The notes beneath the pieces are model-generated. The model made no database searches and had not been told where the DNA came from. It worked only from the letters and a program-made list of their open reading frames with translations. Of a stretch of DNA of 32,000 nt, positions 11,908-20,602 are shown piece by piece. Origin of the DNA: Candidatus Saccharimonadota bacterium (GTDB lineage: Bacteria > Pseudomonadota > Gammaproteobacteria > Enterobacterales > Enterobacteriaceae); contig NZ_AP018159.1 of NCBI RefSeq assembly GCF_004296535.1, positions 1 to 32,000 of the forward strand, in the 5' to 3' direction. The position numbers were made by a program, and so were the translations under genes. How positions within the stretch are numbered: position 1 is the first letter of the stretch; each line of letters opens with the position of its first letter.

Positions 11908-12864
11908 ATGTATACTTTAAATAGTCATAATTCTATAATGAAAAATGAAGTTATAAAATATTTAAATATTATAAATAATGGAATTTATATAGATGGAACT
12001 TTTGGATCAGGCGGACATTCTTTAATTATATTAGAAAAATTAAGTACAAATAGTAAATTATTTGTTTTTGATAAAGATATAAATTCTATAAATATTGCAA
12101 AATTAATAAAAGATAGTAGATTTTTTTACAAACATTCTTCATTTACAGAAATTAAAAATTTTTTAAATAAAAAAAAACTTTTAGGAAAAGTGAATGGAAT
12201 AATAATAGATTTAGGAATTTCAAAAGATCAAATTTTTAATAGTAAAAGAGGTTTTACATTTTTAAAAAATGAAATATTAGATATGAGGATGGATAACACT
12301 ATTGGTATTCCTGCTTTTTTATGGTTGAAAAAAGCTTCAATAAAAGATATAAATAAAGTTTTTAATAAATTTGGAGAAGAATATAAATATTCAAAACAAA
12401 TATCAGAATATATATATAATTATAATAAACATAATACAATTAAATATACATTTGAATTAATAAAAATAATTAATTTATTTCATAAAAAAAAATATAAAAG
12501 AATAAATAATGTTACAAAATATTTTCAAGCCATAAGAATTTTTATTAATAATGAATTATATAATATAAAAAAATTATTATCAGATATAGTTGATATATTA
12601 GATATAAATGGAAGATTAATAATAATAAGTTTTAATTCATTAGAAACTAAAATAATAAAAAATTTTTTTAATATTAAAAATTATAATATAAATAATATAC
12701 CATTACATTATAAAGATAAAAGAAATTTTATTAATATAAAAAATAATTTATACATGAAAAAAATAATTAAATTAAAACCAAACAAAGAAGAAATAATTAA
12801 AAATAAAAGTTCTAGAAGTGCGATAATGACAATATTTGAAAAAAAAATGATTTTACTAAAATAA
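11908..12864 (+). CDS. rsmH: 16S rRNA (cytosine1402-N4)-methyltransferase
   Basis: 318 aa. IYIDGTFGSGGHSLIIL matches E. coli RsmH IYIDGTFGRGGHSRLIL. DLGISKDQ and SRSAIMTIFEK are also present. It is the first gene of the dcw cluster. Confidence 0.93.
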   Translation: MYTLNSHNSIMKNEVIKYLNIINNGIYIDGTFGSGGHSLIILEKLSTNSKLFVFDKDINSINIAKLIKDSRFFYKHSSFTEIKNFLNKKKLLGKVNGIIIDLGISKDQIFNSKRGFTFLKNEILDMRMDNTIGIPAFLWLKKASIKDINKVFNKFGEEYKYSKQISEYIYNYNKHNTIKYTFELIKIINLFHKKKYKRINNVTKYFQAIRIFINNELYNIKKLLSDIVDILDINGRLIIISFNSLETKIIKNFFNIKNYNINNIPLHYKDKRNFINIKNNLYMKKIIKLKPNKEEIIKNKSSRSAIMTIFEKKMILLK

Positions 12865-12872
12865 TAATTATT

Positions 12873-14366
12873 ATGAATGTAAACTTTTTATTAAAACCTT
12901 GGATATACAAGAATTTACCAAATATTAATATTTTAGGATTAGAAGAAAATAGTAAAAAAATTAAATATATGTATTTATTTTTTTCTTTAATAGGATATCA
13001 TAATGATGGTAGAAAATTTATTATAGAATCTATTAAAAATGGAGCATCTTGTGTATTAATAGATACAAATTTAGTAAATAATCATAATGATATAATTTTT
13101 TTTAATAAAACTTTATTAATTTTTTTTTATAATTTAAAAAAATATGTATCATATATATCTGGAAGATTTTATAATGATCCATCTAAAAATATAAATTTTA
13201 TAGGAATAACTGGTACAAATGGAAAAACAACAGTAAGTAATTTAATATTTCAATGGATAAAATTATTAAATAATAAAAGCGCTATTATGGGTACATTAGG
13301 AAATGGTTTTTTAATTAATAAAATTAAAAAATCTAATAACACAACTTTATCAGCATTAGAAATTCAAAAAAAAATACATTATTATAAATCTATTGGTATA
13401 AAAAATATAATTTCAGAAATATCATCTCATGGAATATATCAAAATAGAATAAAATCAATATATTTTAAATTAGGAATTATAACTAACATAACTCATGATC
13501 ATTTAGATTTTCATAAAAACTTTTATAATTATAAAAAATGTAAATTATCATTTTTGACTAATCATAAAATATCTAATTCAATAATAAATACTAATGATAT
13601 AATATGTAAAAAAAATTTTTATTTATTTAAAAATGCATCTAGTGTATCAATAAAAAAAAAAAATATAATTTTTAATTCTAATGGTTGGATTTATATAGAA
13701 AATATTTTTTTTTCAAAAAAAAAAACATTAGTATATTTTAGATCAAATTTTGGAAGAAATAAGTTATTAGTAAATTTTATAGGAAATTTTAATATAACTA
13801 ATTTATTATTAGCATTTATATCTATGTTAAAATTAGGATATTCATTAATAGATTTAATAAAAACTAGTAATTTGCTTAAACTACCAATAGGAAGAATGGA
13901 AATTAAAAACATTAAAAAATATAATAAAAAAATAATAATAGATTATGCTCATTCACCAGATTCTATGAAAAAAACTTTACAAAATATAAAAAATATATAT
14001 CATAAAAACATATGGACTGTTTTTGGTTGTAGTGGAAATAAAGATAAAAAAAAAAGAAAAATTATGGGAAATATATCTAGTAAATATTCTTATAAAACTA
14101 TTATAACAAATGATAATCCTAAAAATGAAAATCAATATAAGATAGTAAATAATATAATAGAAAATATATATAAAAAAAATAATTTTTATATAAAATTAAA
14201 TAGAAAAAAAGCTATACATTATGCAATTAATAATTCACAAAAAGATAGCATAATAATTATATTTGGTAAAGGTCATGAAGATTATCAAATTATAAAAAAT
14301 AAAAAAATAAATTATTCTGATATTCATTTTATAAATAAAATAATAAAAATAAGTGATAAAATCTAA
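12873..14366 (+). CDS. murE: UDP-N-acetylmuramoyl-L-alanyl-D-glutamate--2,6-diaminopimelate ligase
   Basis: 497 aa. It has the Mur ligase P-loop GITGTNGKTT, HDHLDFH, IIDYAHSPDS, and a DNPK motif at codons 414-417 where DAP-adding MurE enzymes have DNPR. Its position in the dcw cluster fits. Confidence 0.93.
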   Translation: MNVNFLLKPWIYKNLPNINILGLEENSKKIKYMYLFFSLIGYHNDGRKFIIESIKNGASCVLIDTNLVNNHNDIIFFNKTLLIFFYNLKKYVSYISGRFYNDPSKNINFIGITGTNGKTTVSNLIFQWIKLLNNKSAIMGTLGNGFLINKIKKSNNTTLSALEIQKKIHYYKSIGIKNIISEISSHGIYQNRIKSIYFKLGIITNITHDHLDFHKNFYNYKKCKLSFLTNHKISNSIINTNDIICKKNFYLFKNASSVSIKKKNIIFNSNGWIYIENIFFSKKKTLVYFRSNFGRNKLLVNFIGNFNITNLLLAFISMLKLGYSLIDLIKTSNLLKLPIGRMEIKNIKKYNKKIIIDYAHSPDSMKKTLQNIKNIYHKNIWTVFGCSGNKDKKKRKIMGNISSKYSYKTIITNDNPKNENQYKIVNNIIENIYKKNNFYIKLNRKKAIHYAINNSQKDSIIIIFGKGHEDYQIIKNKKINYSDIHFINKIIKISDKI

Positions 14367-15744
14367 TCTAATAGAAATATCAAAATTTATAAATGGTAAA
14401 ATAAAAAAATATAATAAAAATTTAACAGTAAATAATATCTCTATAAATTCTAAAAATATAAATAAAAATTGTATATTTTTAGCATTTAAAGGGGAAAAAT
14501 ATAATGCTCATGATTTTGTTTATGAATCATTTAAAAATGGTGCTATTGCAATAATAGTAGAAAAAATATTTTTTGATATTAATATACCACAAATAATAGT
14601 TAAAAATACTAATATAGCATTTTTTAAAATAGCTAAACTAAATAGAATAAAATCTAAATCATATTTTATTGTTATTACTGGATCTTGTGGCAAGACAACA
14701 GTAAAAGAAATGGTTTCTAATATAATAAAATTATCTAATATAAATTTTACTTATACAAAATATAATAATAATAATATAATAGGTGTTTCATTAACAATTA
14801 TAGATTTAAAAATTAATGATAAATTTGTAATTATAGAATTAGGAATGGATAAATTAGGACAAATATTTAAATCAGTTAAAATAATTAAACCAAATTTAAT
14901 TTTTATAAATAATGTATTTTTAAATCATATTAAAAATTTAAAATTTTATGAAAATGTAATAAAATCTAAAGGAGAAATTTTTTACGGATCAAATAATAAT
15001 ACTAAAATAATTATTAATTATAATAGTAATTATTGGAATGAATGGAAATCATATTTTATTAATATAAATAAAGTTCCAATATATTTTTCATTAAATAACT
15101 GTAAAACAGATTTTTATGCTTCTAAAATAAATTTACTAAAATTTAAATCAATATTTAATATTAATATATATAATAAAAAAATCAAAATTAAATTAAAATT
15201 ACCAGGTTTGCATAATATTTCTAATTCAATAGCAGCTTCATCTATAGCTTTTATAATAGGAATAAAAATAAAATATATTATTAAAGGTCTAAATAATTTT
15301 TACAATATAAAACAAAGATTATATCCAATTTATTTAAACAAAAATAAAATTATAATAAATGATACTTATAATTCTAGTATAAATTCATCTATAGAATCTA
15401 TAAATATTTTAAATAGATTAAAAGGTTATAAATTATTAATTATAGGAGATATGTTAGAATTAGGAAAATTAAATAAAAGATCACATTACTTTTTAAGTAA
15501 GGTTATAAACAGTTTAAACATAAATTATATTATAAGTTATGGAAAATATTCAAAGTATATAACTAATAATATAAAAAATGGAATTCATATTAAAAATATT
15601 AAATCTTTAATTAATATAATAAATAAAAATATAGAAAAGCATAGAAAAATTAATGTTTTATTTAAATCATCTAGAAATGTTGGATTAAGTAATATATTAA
15701 ATATTTTTTTAAAAAAACAAACAATTAAAAATTTTTTATGTTAA
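14353..15744 (+). CDS. murF: UDP-N-acetylmuramoyl-tripeptide--D-alanyl-D-alanine ligase
   Basis: 463 aa from a GTG at 14353, which is the only plausible start because there is no in-frame ATG for more than 100 codons. MIKSNLIEISKFINGKI... aligns with E. coli MurF MISVTLSQLTDILNGEL.... CIFLAFKGEKYNAHDF matches CLFVALKGERFDAHDF. The P-loop is ITGSCGKTTVKEM. It overlaps murE by 14 nt. Confidence 0.92.
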   Translation: MIKSNLIEISKFINGKIKKYNKNLTVNNISINSKNINKNCIFLAFKGEKYNAHDFVYESFKNGAIAIIVEKIFFDINIPQIIVKNTNIAFFKIAKLNRIKSKSYFIVITGSCGKTTVKEMVSNIIKLSNINFTYTKYNNNNIIGVSLTIIDLKINDKFVIIELGMDKLGQIFKSVKIIKPNLIFINNVFLNHIKNLKFYENVIKSKGEIFYGSNNNTKIIINYNSNYWNEWKSYFININKVPIYFSLNNCKTDFYASKINLLKFKSIFNINIYNKKIKIKLKLPGLHNISNSIAASSIAFIIGIKIKYIIKGLNNFYNIKQRLYPIYLNKNKIIINDTYNSSINSSIESINILNRLKGYKLLIIGDMLELGKLNKRSHYFLSKVINSLNINYIISYGKYSKYITNNIKNGIHIKNIKSLINIINKNIEKHRKINVLFKSSRNVGLSNILNIFLKKQTIKNFLC

Positions 15745-16745
15745 TAAACATTTTTTTTGTATTAAAAAATATTAAATGTTTTTTATTATCATTTTTAATA
15801 TCTATATTTTTTGGATATATATATTTATATATATCTAAAAATAATTTTAACTATATTCAAAAATCTAAAAATATTAATAATATTTTAGACAAAAATATAC
15901 CAACTTTTGGAGGAGTATATATTATATTATCAATAATAATTTCAATTTTAATTACATTAGAAATAAATTATCTTTCTTTATTAATAATAATTTCATTATT
16001 TTTTTATGGAATATTAGGATTTATAGATGATTTTATTAAAACATATAAATATACTAATAAAAACGGATTATCAAAAAAATATAAATTTTTTTTTCAAACT
16101 ATTATAACAATAATAATTCTTTTTTATTTATATATGAATAAAAAAGAATTTAATTATACAATATTACCATTTTTTGGTATATATAATATATATAATAATA
16201 TATATATATATTATATATTTTTATATATTATAATTATCAGTACTTCAAACGCTATTAATATAACTGATGGTATTGATGGATTATGTATAAAGAATATAAT
16301 ATATATATTATGCTTTTTTATATTTTCATCATATATAAATATTAAATTTTATAATTTTTTATATATAGATAATATTATAAATATAAATTTAATATTTCTT
16401 GGTTCTTGTTTATCATTTTTATGGTTTAATTGTTATCCTGCACAAATATTTCTTGGAGATACTGGATCTTTATCATTAGGATCATCTATTAGCATTATAT
16501 CTATTTTATTAAATAAAGAATTTTTTTTATTAATTAATGGTATTATATTTGTATTGGAAACAGTTTCAGTTATTATTCAAATCATATTTTTTAATTTTTT
16601 TTTAAAAAAAAAAATATTTCTTATGAGTCCATTACATCACCATTATCAATTAAAAAAAATTAATGATTGTAAAATAGTAGAAAGATTGTCAATAATATCA
16701 ATAATATTTAATATAATTGCATTATTAAGTATAATTATAATTTAA
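15738..16745 (+). CDS. mraY: Phospho-N-acetylmuramoyl-pentapeptide transferase
   Basis: 335 aa polytopic membrane protein. Motifs: GFIDDFIK, NAINITDGIDGL, WFNCYPAQIFLGDTGSLSLG and PLHHHYQLK, all MraY signatures. It overlaps murF by 7 nt (ATGTTAA). Confidence 0.95.
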   Translation: MLINIFFVLKNIKCFLLSFLISIFFGYIYLYISKNNFNYIQKSKNINNILDKNIPTFGGVYIILSIIISILITLEINYLSLLIIISLFFYGILGFIDDFIKTYKYTNKNGLSKKYKFFFQTIITIIILFYLYMNKKEFNYTILPFFGIYNIYNNIYIYYIFLYIIIISTSNAINITDGIDGLCIKNIIYILCFFIFSSYINIKFYNFLYIDNIININLIFLGSCLSFLWFNCYPAQIFLGDTGSLSLGSSISIISILLNKEFFLLINGIIFVLETVSVIIQIIFFNFFLKKKIFLMSPLHHHYQLKKINDCKIVERLSIISIIFNIIALLSIIII

Positions 16746-16775
16746 ATATTTAAAAAAAATTTTAAAAAAAAATAT

Positions 16776-18101
16776 ATGAAAAAAATTTTAATTATAGGAT
16801 TAGGTAAAACTGGAATATCATGTATTAAATATTTTATATTAAAAAAATATTATATTTATTTAATAGATAATAATTTAAATTATAATAAAAATATTTTAAA
16901 AAAATTTTTAAATTACAATAATATTAAATTATATATAGGTTTTAATAAAATATCTTGGATACTTCAATCTAAATTAATAATTTTAAGTCCTGGTATAAGT
17001 TTAAATTTTGTAGAATTAGATATGATTAAACTTTATAATATCAAAATAATTAGTGATATAGAAATATTTTTAAATAAAAAAAAAAATAAGAAAATAATTG
17101 CTATTACTGGATCTAATGGAAAAAGTACAGTATTAAATATTGTATATAATATAATTAAAAAAAGTAATCTAAATGTCTCTATAGGAGGAAATATAGGAAT
17201 TCCAGTACTAGATATAATAAATGAAGAATCAGATATATATATATTAGAATTATCAAGTTTTCAATTAGAAATAATTAATAATAGTAGTTTTTATATTTCT
17301 ATAATATTAAATATTACAAATAATCATATTGACAAACATATTAATTTTGAAAATTATAAATTAAATAAATTAAAAATTTTTAATAATTCAGAAAATTGTA
17401 TATTTAATAATAATGATTCTAATACATTTCCAAAAAATAGAAATATTAATTCAAAATACATTACTTTTGGAAGTTTTAATTCTAATTATTCATTATTTTA
17501 TGATAAAAATAATTTTTATTTATATAAAAGAAATATTAAATTTATAAATTGTAATAAATTAAAAATAAAATCAAAACATTTTTATTTAAATGTTCTGGCT
17601 TCATTAGCTATAACTGATTTGATTCAAAATGTAACAAGTAAAAATCAAATTGATATTATAAAAAATTTTAGTACTCTAAAACATAGATTAGAAACATTTT
17701 ATTTTAAAAATATAAGATTTATAAATGATTCTAAATCAACAAATTCATATAGTACTATATCTGCTATAAATTCTATTAGTAAATTTAATTATATACATCT
17801 AATATTAGGAGGATATGATAAATTGAATGATTTTACTATATTATCTAATTTTATAAAATATAAAAATATTGTTTTATATATATATGGTGTAGACAAATAT
17901 AAAATATCCAAATATTTTAATAACTTATTATGTATTAAAAATAATTTAAAATCTTTAATAAAAATAATAAAATATAATTTATATAAAAATGATGTAATAT
18001 TATTTTCTCCATCATGTTCTAGTAAAGATCAATATAAATCATTTGAAAACAGAGGAAATAAATTTATAAAATATATTAATGAAATAATAATAAAAAAATG
18101 A
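16776..18101 (+). CDS. murD: UDP-N-acetylmuramoylalanine--D-glutamate ligase
   Basis: 441 aa. The N-terminal Rossmann fold has IIGLGKTGISCIKYF (E. coli VIIGLGLTGLSCVDFF). The P-loop is ITGSNGKSTV. RLE..., NDSKSTN and SPSCSSKDQYKSFENRG are also present. It ends in TGA, inside an ATGA overlap with murG. Confidence 0.93.
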   Translation: MKKILIIGLGKTGISCIKYFILKKYYIYLIDNNLNYNKNILKKFLNYNNIKLYIGFNKISWILQSKLIILSPGISLNFVELDMIKLYNIKIISDIEIFLNKKKNKKIIAITGSNGKSTVLNIVYNIIKKSNLNVSIGGNIGIPVLDIINEESDIYILELSSFQLEIINNSSFYISIILNITNNHIDKHINFENYKLNKLKIFNNSENCIFNNNDSNTFPKNRNINSKYITFGSFNSNYSLFYDKNNFYLYKRNIKFINCNKLKIKSKHFYLNVLASLAITDLIQNVTSKNQIDIIKNFSTLKHRLETFYFKNIRFINDSKSTNSYSTISAINSISKFNYIHLILGGYDKLNDFTILSNFIKYKNIVLYIYGVDKYKISKYFNNLLCIKNNLKSLIKIIKYNLYKNDVILFSPSCSSKDQYKSFENRGNKFIKYINEIIIKK

Positions 18102-19180
18102 ACAAGAAAATAATAATAGTATCTGGTGGTACTGCAGGTCATATAATACCTTCCATAATAATAGGAAAAGAATTAGAAAAAAAAAAATGGAATGTTTATT
18201 GGGCAACTATAAAAGAAAATTTATTTATTTTTATTAATTATAAAATACCTTTATATAAAATATTAATTATAAATTGTATAAATTTTAGAAAAATAAATTT
18301 ATTTAAAAAAATATTATTTTCTTTTTTATTATTTAAAATAATAATTGAATCACTAATTATTATAAATAAAATAAAACCTAATTTAATATTAGGAATGGGA
18401 AATTATATATCTTTTTATTTTTGTATATCATCTAAAATTTTAAATATTCCTATTATAATACATGAACAAAATTTTATATTAGGATTATCTAATAAAATAT
18501 TATTATTTTTTTCAAAAAAAGTATTATCTGGATTTAAAATTAAAAAAATAAATAAAAAAATAATATTTACAGGAAATCCTATAAGAAAATCTATATTAAA
18601 TATTAAAAATATATATTTAAATATAAATAAAAAAAAAGGCCCTATTAATATATTAATTTTAGGTGGTAGTCAAGGATCTAATTTTATAAATGAATTAATT
18701 ATTGATTTATTAATTAAGTTTAAATTAAATATAAAAATATGGCATCAAACAGGAGATAAAAATTTTATTTATTTTATATCAAAATATAAAAAACTAAATT
18801 TAACAAATTATTTATATAAAATAAATGGATTTATATATAATATAAATAAAGCTTTTTTATGGTCAGACATTGTAATTAGTAGATCAGGTGCTTCTATAGT
18901 AAATGAAATATCTTATATAGGATTACCTTCAATTTTTATACCATATCCAACTAATGATAATCATCAATATTTTAATGCTATATATTTAAAAAATAAAAAA
19001 ATATCTAAAATAATAATACAATCTGAATGTACAGTTAATAAATTATATAAATATTTATTTAATATAAATAGGAAAATATTATTTAATATGTCGTATAATT
19101 ATAATATGAATTATTTAAAAAATAATAACTGTAATCCTAATGATTTAATAATTAGTGAAATAATAAATTATGATAAATAA
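18098..19180 (+). CDS. murG: UDP-N-acetylglucosamine--N-acetylmuramyl-(pentapeptide) pyrophosphoryl-undecaprenol GlcNAc transferase
   Basis: 360 aa. It has the G-loop IIIVSGGTAGHIIPS, LGGSQGS and the C-terminal ISRSGASIVNEISYIGLPSIFIPYP. It follows murD directly; ftsW is absent. Confidence 0.93.
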   Translation: MNKKIIIVSGGTAGHIIPSIIIGKELEKKKWNVYWATIKENLFIFINYKIPLYKILIINCINFRKINLFKKILFSFLLFKIIIESLIIINKIKPNLILGMGNYISFYFCISSKILNIPIIIHEQNFILGLSNKILLFFSKKVLSGFKIKKINKKIIFTGNPIRKSILNIKNIYLNINKKKGPINILILGGSQGSNFINELIIDLLIKFKLNIKIWHQTGDKNFIYFISKYKKLNLTNYLYKINGFIYNINKAFLWSDIVISRSGASIVNEISYIGLPSIFIPYPTNDNHQYFNAIYLKNKKISKIIIQSECTVNKLYKYLFNINRKILFNMSYNYNMNYLKNNNCNPNDLIISEIINYDK

Positions 19181-20600
19181 TAAAAAAATACATATTATAG
19201 GAGTAGGAGGAATATGTATGAGTGGAATTGCTAAATTTTTTTTAGAAAAAAATTTTTTTGTAAGCGGCTCTGATTTAAAAAAGAATGAATTAATAGAAAA
19301 ATTAGAAAAATTTTATAAATTTAAATTTTATTTAAATCATAATAAATATAATATAAAAAAAGATTTACATTTTATTACTTATTCTAGTTCTATAAAAAAA
19401 AATAATGTAGAAATTAAAGAAGCAAAAAAATACAATATACCAATTATAAAAAGAGGAAATATACTAAATACCATAACTAGTAATTATAAAAATATTATTT
19501 CTATTATAGGAACTCATGGGAAAACAACAACAACATCTATATTAGTTAATATTTTTATGTATAATAATATAAATCCTGGGTTTATAAATGGAGGAATAAT
19601 GAAAAATTTAGAAATTAATTCTAATATAGGAAATAAAAATTATTTTATAATAGAATCAGATGAAAGTGATTTAAGCTTTTTAAAATTAAATTCAAATATA
19701 ACTATATTAACTAGTATAGATGATGATCACATGAATTCTTATAATAATAATATAGAAAATTTAAAAAATTCATTTATAAAATTTATTAATAAATCTAGTA
19801 ATAGAATAATAATACTATGTAATGATGATAATAATATTAATTCAATAATTAATAAAATTAAAAATAAAAAAATATATACTTATGGATTTAATAAATTTTC
19901 TGATTTTATAATAGAAAATTATAAACAATATTTTAATTATATTAAATTTAAAATAATAAATAAAAAAAATAATTTAAATGTTAATATAATTATAAAAAAT
20001 TTATTAGGAAAACATAATGCTTTAAATGCAGTAGCATCATTTATAATTTCTTATATTAAAAATATGAATATAAAAAAAACAATTAAATCTTTATATAATT
20101 TTAAAGGTGTTAAAAATAGAATGGATTTAATGGGTAAATTTAATGTTATAAATTATAAAAATGAAATAAAAAAAAATATAACTATAATTAATGATTATGG
20201 ACATCATTATAATGAAATATATCAATCTTATATTACATGTAAAAATATTAATAATATTAATAATGTTATTATGATATTTCAACCACATAGATTCTCTAGA
20301 ATATTTAATCTATTTAAAAAATTTATTGAAATTTTATTTAAAGTGGATATTATAATTTTAACTAAAATTTTTTCAGCAAATGAAGTTAATTATAATAATA
20401 TTACAAGTAATAAAATATTTAATGAATTAAAAAAAATAAATAGAAAAAATATTTTTATATGTAAAAAAAATGATTTTATAATAAAAATTTTATTAAAAAT
20501 ATTAAATAATAATGATGTAATTTTATTCCAAGGAGCTGGTGATATACATAAAATCTTCAAAGAAATAATAAATAATAATAATAAATTTATAAAAATTTAA
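19170..20600 (+). CDS. murC: UDP-N-acetylmuramate--L-alanine ligase
   Basis: 476 aa. Motifs: IHIIGVGGICMSGIAKFF, the P-loop IGTHGKTTTTSIL, ESDESD, DYGHH and FQPHRFSR. It overlaps murG by 11 nt. Confidence 0.93.
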   Translation: MINNKKIHIIGVGGICMSGIAKFFLEKNFFVSGSDLKKNELIEKLEKFYKFKFYLNHNKYNIKKDLHFITYSSSIKKNNVEIKEAKKYNIPIIKRGNILNTITSNYKNIISIIGTHGKTTTTSILVNIFMYNNINPGFINGGIMKNLEINSNIGNKNYFIIESDESDLSFLKLNSNITILTSIDDDHMNSYNNNIENLKNSFIKFINKSSNRIIILCNDDNNINSIINKIKNKKIYTYGFNKFSDFIIENYKQYFNYIKFKIINKKNNLNVNIIIKNLLGKHNALNAVASFIISYIKNMNIKKTIKSLYNFKGVKNRMDLMGKFNVINYKNEIKKNITIINDYGHHYNEIYQSYITCKNINNINNVIMIFQPHRFSRIFNLFKKFIEILFKVDIIILTKIFSANEVNYNNITSNKIFNELKKINRKNIFICKKNDFIIKILLKILNNNDVILFQGAGDIHKIFKEIINNNNKFIKI

Positions 20601-20602
20601 TT

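Noticed and set aside
13691-13912. A 73-aa ORF antisense to murE.
   Set aside because: Same reasoning: it is nested antisense within a conserved gene and has no recognisable domain.
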